This document shows positions 12,028 through 22,583 of a stretch of 25,145 nt of DNA, piece by piece (within the stretch, counting starts at the first letter, position 1; every line of letters starts with the position of its first letter). Location: assembly GCF_006345805.1 (NCBI RefSeq), contig NW_021827515.1, positions 1 through 25,145 on the forward strand, given 5' to 3'. The notes under the pieces were generated by a model. The model saw only the letters and a list, made by a program, of their open reading frames with translations, was not told the origin of the DNA and made no database searches. Source of the stretch: Octopus sinensis (Eukaryota). A program made the position numbers and the translations under genes.

Positions 12028-12787
12028 ATTAGAAACGACTCCTGGTCATCAGCGTCACTTGGGCTCATCACAGATTTCGCATAAGACACGTGCCTGCTTG
12101 AAGAATTTCACGTTTTCCCGCTTTATTTCTAGCACCATATCTTTCTCTATTTCTAAGTAAAGGGTAAAAATAAAGCAACCCTACAAAACAGAACTGATCT
12201 TTACACTCAGACGCACAGAATAACTGCAATCAAATAATGACAGCGGAGTGCACAGCAAACATCAGCGATCTGACTGTCGCCTGTACTCTTGGACAAGAGA
12301 TGCCAGTTAGTCTTTTTTACACCTATTAGGCTCGTTCGTATTAGCCCGAGTTGCTGAATAAATTTTCGTTCTTTAAAGAACATCGTTGAACAGAAACTCT
12401 TCATAGATTGGAATTTAAATCCTAATCTCAATAGAAATTTATTGCTTCAAGAAAACATTGAATTTGAATTACATCTAATTTTCATGATTGCAAATAACAG
12501 CTTGAGCTGTAACTTTTGAGCCCGAGTCAGGCGCGTTTGAATGATGTCGAGAGAACGTCCGCTATGATATATTTTGACACAGGGCACCACTAAGACACCG
12601 CCAGACGCTGAACGAAAATAAATGAACTGCGACCAGACTCAATAAAAGGAGCCAGAGTTATTGGCTGCAATTACATACTTGAAGTCAGTGTTGGCAGAAA
12701 TTACACCAGCTTGAAAATACACGTTCACTTTATTAAACATACCTGGGCTGAGTCCGAACAGCCCGAGTGCCGGAGTCGCCATAGATA

Positions 12788-12847
<60 letters not shown>

Positions 12848-12967
12848 TCATATATACATATATACATAGCATGCACAAACGTATATTTGAACATACACAC
12901 ATATATGTGTATATACCCATATATATGTATATATACATATACATGTGTATGTGTGTGTGTCTGCGTG

Positions 12968-13000
<33 letters not shown>

Positions 13001-13181
13001 AAAGGGCTTAGTAAAATAAATTACTTTGCCGCATACTGAACTCATTAGAAATAGCAGCTAAAAAACTTTTTTAAGGCTATTTCTAATACTTAAAGAAAAT
13101 CTCTCTCATATATAGTGTTTGCTTAATTCAACTCACAAAAGTTTGGGGGTAAGGACATCGAAAAATCAAATGCTAAGGTTA

Positions 13182-13238
13182 TTCGAGAACGTACGTTTCA
13201 AGATTAGTCAAAACAACATTTCTATCATCGGCTCAGAA
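13182..13238 (-). ncRNA. Type I hammerhead-ribozyme-like motif (copy 1)
   Basis: TTCTGAG-CCGATGA-[TAGAAATGTTGTTTTGACTAATCTT]-GAAAC-GTAC-GT-T-CTCGAA. Stem I is GAG/CTC plus TTC/GAA, and stem III is palindromic. Deviations: U4 is C, and stem II closes with U-U. Confidence 0.45.
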
Positions 13239-13730
13239 ATTCCTTGGTTGGATTTGGAAACACTGAAAATAAGAACATACCCTTTCGAAGATCTGCTCCC
13301 AACTAACAGTGCCAACAAATTCAAAATAAGCAAGCGAAGAATCTCTGTTCTCCCCTTTCCACCAGCGTGGGTTAAAATCATCAAACACTATGCTTATTTC
13401 GGTAAAATCCGAAGCATTAATCAGAGGGAGATTAATTATAATTTCAACAATTGAGGGCAAAATTAATTAATTATTAATCAATTTCACCAAGTGTTCAGTA
13501 TGCAAAGGGACCATTCAAGGCGAATTCAAATTATTACATTATATAAAAGGGCTTAGTAAAATAAAATAAATTACTTTGCCGCATACTGAACTCATTAGAA
13601 ATAGCAGCTAAAAAACTTTTTTAAAGCTATTTCTAATACTTAAAGAAAATCTCTCTCACATATAGTGTTTGCTTAATTCAACTCACAAAAGTTTGGGGGT
13701 AAGGACATCGAAAAATCAAATGCTAAGTTA

Positions 13731-13787
13731 TTCGAGAACGTACGTTTCAAGATTAGTCAAAACAACATTTCTATCATCGGCTCAGAA
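13731..13787 (-). ncRNA. Type I hammerhead-ribozyme-like motif (copy 2)
   Basis: Same motif as copy 1. Confidence 0.45.
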
Positions 13788-14442
13788 ATTCCTTGGTTTG
13801 GATTTGGAAACACTGAAAATAAGAACATACCCTTTCGAAGATCTGCTCCCAACTAACAGTGCCACAAATTCAAAATAAGCAAGCGAAGAATCTCTGTTCT
13901 CCCTTTCCACCAGCGTGGGTTAAAATCATCAAACACTATGCTTATTTCGGTAAAATCCTAAGCATTAATCAGAGGGAGATTAATTATAATTCAACAATTG
14001 AGGGCAAAATTAATTAATTATTAATCAATTTCACCAAGTGTTCAGTATGCAAAGGGACCATTCAAGGCGAATTCAAATTATTACATTATATAAAAGGGCT
14101 TAGTAAAATAAATTACTTTGCCGCATACTGAACTCATTAGAAATAGCAGCTAAAAAACTTTTTTAAGGCTATTTCTAATACTTAAAGAAAATCTCTCTCA
14201 TATATAGTGTTTGCTTAATTCAACTCACAAAAGTTTGGGGGTAAGGACATCGAAAAATCAAATGCTAAGGTTATTCGAGAACGTACGTTTCAAGTGTTTG
14301 ATGATTTTAACCCACGCTGGTGAAAGGGGAGAACAGAGATTCTTCGCTTGCTTATTTTGAATTTGTTGGCACTGTTAGTTGGGAGCAGATCTTCGAAGGG
14401 TATGTTCTTATTTTCAGTGTTTCCAAATCCAAACCAAGGAAT

Positions 14443-14498
14443 TTCTGAGCCGATGATAGAAATTTGTTTTGACTAATCTTGAAACGTACGTTCTCGAA
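14443..14498 (+). ncRNA. Type I hammerhead-ribozyme-like motif (inverted arm copy A)
   Basis: Same motif with a 1-nt difference in stem II; predicted cleavage after 14492. Confidence 0.45.
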
Positions 14499-14987
14499 TA
14501 ACCTTAGCATTTGATTTTTCGATGTCCTTACCCCCAAACTTTTGTGAGTTGAATTAAGCAAACACTATATATGAGAGAGATTTTCTTTAAGTATTAGAAA
14601 TAGCCTTAAAAAAGTTTTTTAGCTGCTATTTCTAATGAGTTCAGTATGCGGCAAAGTAATTTATTTTACTAAGCCCTTTTATATAATGTAATAATTTGAA
14701 TTCGCCTTGAATGGTCCCTTTGCATACTGAACACTTGGTGAAATTGATTAATAATTAATTAATTTTGCCCTCAATTGTTGAAATTATAATTAATCTCCCT
14801 CTGATTAATGCTTAGGATTTTACCGAAATAAGCATAGTGTTTGATGATTTTACCCACGCTGGTGGAAAGGGGAGACCAGAGATTCTTCGCTTGCTTATTT
14901 TGGAATTTGTTGGCACTGTTAGTTGGGAGCAGATCTTCGAAAGGGTATGTTCTTATTTTCAGTGTTTCCAAATCCAAACCAAGGAAT

Positions 14988-15044
14988 TTCTGAGCCGATG
15001 ATAGAAATGTTGTTTTGACTAATCTTGAAACGTACGTTCTCGAA
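14988..15044 (+). ncRNA. Type I hammerhead-ribozyme-like motif (inverted arm copy B)
   Basis: Same motif; predicted cleavage after 15038, 546 nt from the previous site. Confidence 0.45.
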
Positions 15045-15453
15045 TAACCTTAGCATTTGATTTTTCGATGTCCTTACCCCCAAACTTTTGTGAGTTGAAT
15101 TAAGCAAACACTATATATGAGAGAGATTTTCTTTAAGTATTAGAAATAGCCTTAAAAAAGTTTTTTAGCTGCTATTTCTAATGAGTTCAGTATGCGGCAA
15201 AGTAATTTATTTTACTAAGCCCTTTTATATAATGTAATAATTTGAATTCGCCTTGAATGGTCCCTTTGCATACTGAACACTTGGTGAAATTGATTAATAA
15301 TTAATTAATTTTGCCCTCAATTGTTGAAATTATATATATATATATATATATTTATGCATATATACATACATATATATGTGTATATACATGTATATGGATA
15401 TATGTACATATATGTTTGTATGTTTATATCTACGCATATATGCATATATGTAT

Positions 15454-15485
<32 letters not shown>

Positions 15486-15510
15486 GCATACATGCATACA
15501 TACACGTAGA

Positions 15511-16247
15511 CACAACTTGATTTCGAGCCGGGTCGTCTGCTGCTGGAGAGGACCGATCAGGTAAAGGACCTGGGTATCTTGGTGGATTCCTCCTTTTCGC
15601 CTTCGGCCCAGTGCGTCCATGCTGCCAACAAAGCACGCGGAATTCTGTTCTTGATTCGACGGTCATTCGGAATGCTCACAGCAGCCATATTCCTACAACT
15701 CTATGTCAACTGGTGAGACCCATATTGGAGTACGGGATTCAAGCCTTCTTCCTTATCTCATCAAAGACATACAGCATCTCGAAAGAGTCCAGAAGCTGGT
15801 ACCCGCATGGTTCATGGTCTCAAAAATTTGTCCTATGAAGAAAGGCTGAGGACGCTCGACCTTTGTTCTCTTGAAAAACGCCCGCCGCCGTGGTGATCTC
15901 ATTCTCGCCCCACAACATCATAAGCGGAAAGTGTAACCTCTCGAAGAGCTGTTCTTCACTCCTGCCTCCAGAGCGTCGGCTGCGGGGTCATTCGAAAAGC
16001 TCTACCTGCGACGATTTCATCTCAATCGAAGGAGAGGAGCTTTCTCCGTCCGGGTTGCGGATCCGTGGAACAAGCTGCCAGACGAGGTGGTGAAGATGCC
16101 GACGACGACCGCTTTGTTCAAAGCATCCTTGACTCAAGTGGGCCTGAACTCTTACATGAACACCACCCTGTACTTAACTCCATGTCCCCCTACATGGCCT
16201 TGCTATTTGCTTTTGAGCCAAATTAACTAACTAACTAACTAACTAAC
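15511..16247 (+). mobile_element. 5'-truncated CR1 LINE with intact 3' end (stem-loop and (TAAC)n tail)
   Basis: Translated across 1-nt indels: [29 protein letters not shown]...LVRPILEYG...LERVQ...LSYEERLRTLDL.SLE.RR.RGDLI...RGHS...AFSVRVADPWNKLP. Hairpin CCATGT/ACATGG at 16180-16197; (TAAC)n at 16224-16247. Confidence 0.92.
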
Positions 16248-16419
16248 ATATATATATATATAGTATATCGTAGCGTATTTGTCAGATTAAAATAAATACG
16301 AACTTACACACATACACGCACATAGATACACACAAACACACACACACACCGTGTGTGTGTGTGTGGGGGGAGATAAAGAGGTAGAGAAAGAGAGAAACAC
16401 TTATCGCTGAAGTCTTATT

Positions 16420-16461
16420 TCCAAACTGGGGCAGTTTGGATTGATAGTAATAATAATAATA

Positions 16462-16507
<46 letters not shown>

Positions 16508-16707
16508 TACAAGAACAACAACAAAAACACTATGATGATATATATATATATGTCTTTGCAAAGACGTACACACGCATGCGTCTGTCTTTCTGACTGTGTG
16601 TGTGTATGTATATATATAATATATATATGATATATATATGATACATACATACATACATACATATATATATATATATGATACATATATACACACACATACA
16701 TACATAC

Positions 16708-16742
<35 letters not shown>

Positions 16743-16915
16743 CACTTCTAATGCAGCACTTTTCCCCGTCACCATCGCCGTTCTCATCATTTTCAGAATT
16801 CGTGGCATTTCTAGGATGTCCATGAACCCCATAAAAACTGCCGTTTTTGTGTTAACAGAGAGAGGGAGAGAGAAGAAGAAGAAGAAGAAGAAGAAGAAGG
16901 AGAGAGAGAGAGAGA
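16420..16915. repeat. (AAT)n, (TA)n/(TACA)n, (GAA)n and (GA)n microsatellites
   Basis: Directly visible. Confidence 0.85.
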
Positions 16916-17261
16916 AGGCGACCCTTAGCTGTTGTATTCAGCAGTGATACTTAAAACTCCCTGGGTGACTCATTAACATCATACATGAAACGGGATTGAA
17001 ATATTAGTCGAGCATTCTGCCAGATGATACAACATACCAACACGTCATCATTAAATGAGGCCCCTACATGGTCGCACAAGTGCTAGAAGCAGCAGCTATG
17101 TTATTTCTTCCGAAGAGCAAACACTCTTAACATGTTAAAATGTAGGCTAAGACGAATTGGGTAACACGTGACCTTAGATACACCGTTTCTAATAATAATA
17201 ATGATAATAACAATAATAATAATAATAATAATAAATAATAATAATAATAATAATAATAATA

Positions 17262-18182
17262 TTCTATTCTACTGCTTTAGAGATGATGCAAGGGTAATCG
17301 CATGGGTGGCAGACGAACTACAGCTTAGACAGAAAGACAAGGTAGTTGCCGACTTGATATGGGATACTCCACCCAAAATGTGACACAGACGGACTGTATG
17401 TACCAAGAAAAAGAGGGGGAAGAGGACTGATTGGACGTGAACACAGCATTAGAACAGAAGAAAACAACATAGCATGGCATGTAAAAAATACCACAGAAGC
17501 GCTATTATTGGAAGTAAGAGGATCAGGTTTGTGTAGGATGGAAGATTGCAAAGATAAAGCACTGTACAAGGACTGGAGAATGTATGAAACTGAAAATAGG
17601 TGGATAAAGAAAAGACTACATGGACAATTTCATAGGGATGTTGAAGATAAGACCGTCAGAGAAAAAGATGGCTATGGATGACTAAAAGTGATTTAAAACC
17701 GGAAACGGAGGCTCTAATCTGTGCTGCCAGAGCAAGCATTAAGAACGAATTAAATAAAATACAGAATTGACAACACACCAGAAAGTGATAAGTGCAGAAT
17801 TTGTGGACAAAATGGTGAAACCGTATGGCATATTATCAGCCAATATACGCCACTAGCCCAGAAGGAATATAAGAGACGCCACGACAATATAGCCAAATTT
17901 GCCCATCCAACATTTTGCAACAAGTATGGACTTGACAGAGCAAGAAATTTGTACGACCACAAACCCGAAGGCATAATCGAAAATGATAATGCAAAGATCC
18001 TATGGGATTTTATGATTTAGTGTGACCATGAGACAGAGAATAGGAAACCAGACATAGTATTAATTGAGAAAGAAACCAAACTATGCTGGATCATAGATAT
18101 AACATGCCCAGCTGACAACAAGGTATGCGATAAAGAAGAAAGAAAAGTCGAAAGATATGTCAGGTTAGCTTGGGAGGTTAAG
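17262..18182 (+). mobile_element. R4/Dong-type non-LTR retrotransposon internal fragment (RT C-terminus, CCHC finger, restriction-like endonuclease), degenerate
   Basis: KKRGRGLI, LHGQFHRD, ETEALICA.EQALRTN, CRICGQNGETVWHIISQ..PLAQKEYKRRHD, KILWDF...RKPDIVLIEK...IIDITCPADN. Its 5' end abuts (AAT)n at 17190-17261. Confidence 0.9.
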
Positions 18183-18226
18183 CATTTCGCCTGGCGTGCT
18201 AAGCTATAATATTGTCTTGCTACTCT

Positions 18227-18444
18227 ATAATCTTTTCTACTCTAGGCACAAGGCCCGAAATTTTGGGGAAGGGGGCCAGTCGATTAGATCGACCCTAGTA
18301 TACAACTGGTACTTAATTTATCGATCCCGAAAAGATGAAAGGCAAAGTCGACCCCGGCAGAATTTGAACTCAGAACGTGAGGACAGACGAAATGCCGTTG
18401 AGCTTTTCGCCCGGCGAGTTAACGTTTCTGCCAGTTCGCCGCCT
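18227..18444 (-). mobile_element. tRNA-derived SINE, family 2, tail type A
   Basis: Reverse complement reads GGCGGCGAACTGGCAGAAACG...GAGTTCAAATTC...GACTTTGCCTTTCATC...GTCGATCTAATCGAC...GCCTTGTGCCTAGAGTAGAAAAGATTAT. Confidence 0.85.
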
Positions 18445-18846
18445 CTATGTTTTGTATTGATATTAAGTATCAGAAATAACAGCTTAACAACAAAAGACCT
18501 GTCAAAAATTTATCCAGATAACATCGAAACGTGAGTCTTCGTAGAATGCATGTTCGCAAACACTTGCCTCTTTAAAGCTGTAATGTTTATTAAGAATATT
18601 TTAACAATATTTTCTTGCTACTCCATAATAACGTATAAGAATCGTTGTCTGGCGACTGACACGGGTTTCAGACTAAATATCTGCTGTTTATCATACTTAG
18701 TATTATGTCAAGCAAAGAATGAGGCAATCGCGATAAAATTTGTAGATGCGCCTAAACTATGAATGTTAACATATTTACATGTTTTTTATATGTACCTTTA
18801 TATACTTTTTAAAGCTATTTATTTTTTTATGTTTATTATAACTATT

Positions 18847-19352
18847 GTAATCGACTAGACCCCTACCCCTAAATTCCAGGCCTTGTGCCTATAGTAGAAA
18901 GTATTATTATTATTATTATTATTATTGAATATCAAAGGCGGCGAGCTGGCAGAAACGTTAGCACGCCGGACGAAATGCTTCGCGGTATTTCGTCTTCCGC
19001 TACGTTCTGAGTTCAAATTCCGACGAGGTCGACTTTGCCTTTCATCCTTTCGGGGTCGATAAATTAAGTACCAGTTACGCACTGGGGTCGTTATAATCGA
19101 CTTAATCCGTCTGTCTGTCGTTGTTTGTCTCCTCTGTGTTTAGCCCCTTGTGAGTAGTAAAGAAATAGGTATTTCGTCTGCCACTACGTTCTGTGTTCAA
19201 ATTTTCGCCGAGGTCGACTTTGCCTTTCATCCTTTCGGGGTCGATGAAATAAATACCAGTTACGCACTAGGGTCGATGTAATCGACTGTTCCTCTCCCCT
19301 CCCACAAATTTCAGGTCTTGTGCCTTTAGTAGAAAGGATTATTATTATTATT
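18847..19352 (+). mobile_element. Head-to-tail cluster of three family 2 SINEs: tail-A fragment (18847-18927), full-length tail-B copy (18936-19168), 5'-truncated tail-A copy (19169-19352)
   Basis: Shared body GACTTTGCCTTTCATCCTTTCGGGGTCGAT...; A-box TGGCAGAAACG and B-box GAGTTCAAATTCC; (ATT)n tails on the type A copies. Confidence 0.88.
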
Positions 19353-19773
19353 AGTTTTGTTTTTTAAATAAATAAATAGATGTTTCCACTACAGTAAGTA
19401 ACTAAAGATTTTTTGTTTAAATTACAATATTTTCATGAAGGAAGACATCATGTAAAATTTGAACGAAATATTTCATCTTGACGTCATTTCAATGCTGATT
19501 TTTCAAGTAAAAAAACTGAAGGGAAATAAAAGAAAAAATATTGGTAATTATCATTTCTTTCCTTATTTCGATCGGATATTTTGATAAACTTCCATTACGA
19601 CGTCATAATTTGCTGACTTTTCTTATTAACAGAAAGCAAAATCTGATTTTTTTCTCTCCATATCTTCAAAGCTTCTTCAGCAGACACCAACATCGGATTA
19701 TAGAGAACCTTATCTGTAATCTATATAGCATTGAGATATTCGACCGACGATTTGATTCCACACACACACACAC

Positions 19774-19809
<36 letters not shown>

Positions 19810-20004
19810 CACGCAACACACAGATGAACATATATTCTTGCAGCAGCCTCTATCGATCTTGAAAATTATTGTCACTCAAGCAGTGGCCCTTAGAACAGCG
19901 TAGAGAAGCATGTTAGTTCCAAAGGAGTAGGTTCGAATTATTTTAATACATTTTCCCGATAATTTTCTGCAGGGCCATTCCCTTAATGAAACTAGAACTG
20001 AAAA

Positions 20005-20035
<31 letters not shown>

Positions 20036-20037
20036 AT

Positions 20038-20203
20038 AGGCGCAGGAGTGGCTGTGTGGTAAGTAGCTTGCTAACCAACCACATGGTTCCGGGTTTAGTC
20101 CCACTGCGTGGCATCTTGGGCAAATGTCTTCTGCTATAGCCCCGGGCAGACCAATGCCTTGTGAGTGGATTTGGTAGACGGAAACTGAAAGAAGCCTGTC
20201 GTA

Positions 20204-20281
<78 letters not shown>

Positions 20282-20502
20282 TTGTGTGTCTGTGTTTGTC
20301 CCCCTAGCATTGCTTGACAACCGATGCTGGTGTGTTTACGTCCCCGTCACTTAGCGGTTCGGCAAAAGAGACTGATAGAATAAGTACTGGGCTTACAACG
20401 AATAAGTCCCGGGGTCGATTTGCTCGGACTAAAGGCGGTGCTCTAGTATGGCCGCAGTCAAATGACTGAAACAAATAAAAGAGTAAAAGAGTAAAGAGTA
20501 AA
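20038..20502 (+). mobile_element. Full-length family 1 SINE with internal (TA)n
   Basis: A-box TGGCTGTGTGG, B-box-like GGTTTAGTCCC, internal (TA)n at ~20203-20270, 3' module ending in (AAAGAGT)n. Confidence 0.9.
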
Positions 20503-20621
20503 TGAAAAGATAAAAAATCCATCCTTCCTATTCCTGAGTCTTCCAATGAATCGCTATTGCTGACGTCAGGTACAGCTACATCGTTCGCGACAGAGCTTAA
20601 AGAACGGTACCTCTGTTCAAA

Positions 20622-20856
20622 AACGGCGTCGAGCAGTCAGAAACGTTAGCGCGTCGGGCGAAATGCTTAGCCGTATTTCGTCTGCTGCTACGTTCTGAGT
20701 TCAAATTCCGCCGAGGTCGACTTTGCCTTTCATCCTTTCGGGGTCGATTAAATAAGTACCAGTTACGCACTGGGGTCGATATAATCGACTTAATCCGTTT
20801 GTCTGTCCTTGTTTGTCCTCTCTGTGTTTAGCCCCTTGTGGGTAGTAAAGAAATAG
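20622..20856 (+). mobile_element. Family 2 SINE, tail type B, with target-site duplication
   Basis: Flanked by GGTACCTCTGTTCA (20606-20619) and GGTACCTCGGTTCA (20856-20869). Confidence 0.9.
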
Positions 20857-21059
20857 GTACCTCGGTTCAGATAGCGACCTCTCGTTTTGGTAATAGCAAC
20901 GGATGAATCCTTGTCGTTAGCTTCATGGAGAACGGTTGGGTAGTCATCAGGTCAATGTCAGAATGGTTGCGTAGGTAACGGTACTGCTAGAGGACAATAA
21001 GTTTTTCGATCTGGTACAGGCTTTTACATTCATTTCCGTAACACGATTGAAAACATTAT

Positions 21060-21067
21060 CATATCTA

Positions 21068-21144
<77 letters not shown>

Positions 21145-21145
21145 G

Positions 21146-21194
<49 letters not shown>

Positions 21195-21464
21195 ATCTAC
21201 TATCTATCATCTATCTATCTTATTTCTTTATTGCCCACAAGGGGCTAAACACAGAGGGGACAAACAAGGACAGACAAAGGGATCCAGTCGATTACATCGA
21301 CCGCAGTGCGTAACTGGTACTTAATTCATCGATCCCGAGGGATGAAAGGCAAAGTCGAACTCGTGGAATTTGAACTCAGAACGTAACGACAGACGAAATT
21401 TAGCGGTTTGGCAAAAGAGTCCGATAGAAGAAGTACTAGGCTTACAAAAATAAGTCCAGGGTCG
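21060..21464 (-). mobile_element. 5'-truncated family 2 tail-B SINE on the minus strand (21218-21399) with a (GATA)n tail (21060-21217), fused to a plus-strand family 1 3'-module fragment (21400-21464)
   Basis: Direct similarity to the other copies in this window. Confidence 0.85.
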
Positions 21465-21494
21465 ATATATATATATATATATATATAGTATATA

Positions 21495-21529
<35 letters not shown>

Positions 21530-21589
21530 CTATATAATATATATATATATACGTGAGTGTGGGGTGTATTCATACATATTGTACTCATA

Positions 21590-21642
<53 letters not shown>

Positions 21643-22457
21643 TATATATATATTATATATATATATATATATGTATGTGGTGTGTTTGTGTGTCTGTGTT
21701 GTCCCCCTAGCATTGCTTGACAACCGATGCTGGTGTGTTTACGTCCCCGTCACTTAGCGGTTCGGCAAAAGAGACTGATAGAATAAGTACTGGGCTTACA
21801 CGAATAAGTCCCCGGGTCGATTTGCTCGACTAAAGGCGGTGCTCTAGTATGGCCGCAGTCAAATGACTGAAACAAATAAAAGAGTAAAGAGTAAAGAGTA
21901 AATGAAAAGATAAAAAATCCATCCTTCCTATTCCTGATCTTCCAATGAATCGCTATTGCTGACGTCCGGTACAGCTACATCGTTCGCGACAGAGCTTAAA
22001 GAACGGTACCTCTGTTCAAAAACGGCGTCGAGCAGTCGAAACGTTAGCGCGTCCGGCGAAATGCTTAGCCGTATTTCGTCTGCTGCTACGTTCTGAGTTC
22101 AAATTCCGCCGAGTCGACTTGCCTTTCATCCTTTCGGGGTCGATTAAATAGTACCATTTACGCACTGGGGTCGATATAATCGACTTAATCCGTTTGTCTG
22201 TCCTTGTTTGTCCTCTCTGTGTTTAGCCCCCTTGTTGGTAGTAAAGAAATAGGTACCTCGGTTCAGATAGCGACCTCTCGTTTTGGTAATAGCAACGGAT
22301 GAATCCTTGTCGTTTGCTTCATGGAGAACGGTTGGGTAGTCATCAGGTCAATGTCAGAATGGTTGCGTAGGTAACGGTACTGCTAGAGGACCATAATTTT
22401 TTCGATCTGGTACAGGCTTTTACATTCATTTCCGTAACACGATTGAAAACATTATCA

Positions 22458-22583
<126 letters not shown>

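Larger units (their letters stand above)
12995..14294. repeat. Forward arm: ~2.4 tandem copies of a ~545-bp unit
   Basis: The anchor TATAAAAGGG has its first G at 13004, 13549 and 14096. The third copy ends at ...CGTTTCAAG (14294). Confidence 0.97.
14295..15334. repeat. Inverted arm: ~1.9 tandem copies of the same ~545-bp unit in reverse orientation
   Basis: Reverse complement of the unit; AAGCCCTTTT at 14671 and ~15217. It ends at ...GAAATTATA, running into (TA)n. Confidence 0.97.

Noticed and set aside
13119-13454. 111-aa ORF in the first 545-bp unit
   Set aside because: It depends on a 1-nt deletion private to copy 1 (TTGGTTGG vs TTGGTTTGG in the other three copies); the consensus frame stops earlier.
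13517-13528. AAGGCGAATTC resembling a TOPO-vector junction
   Set aside because: Imperfect match, present in every unit, with no other vector sequence.
14811-14944. Possible 129-nt phase 0-0 exon (DFTEISIVFDDFNPRWWKGENRDSSLAYFEFVGTVSWEQIFER) in the repeat unit, bounded by TAG and GTATGT
   Set aside because: No recognisable family, acceptor absent in copy 1 and frame broken in some copies; cannot be supported without RNA data.
20038-20115. SINE heads as tRNA genes
   Set aside because: A/B boxes are present but there is no complete cloverleaf, and they continue into SINE bodies.
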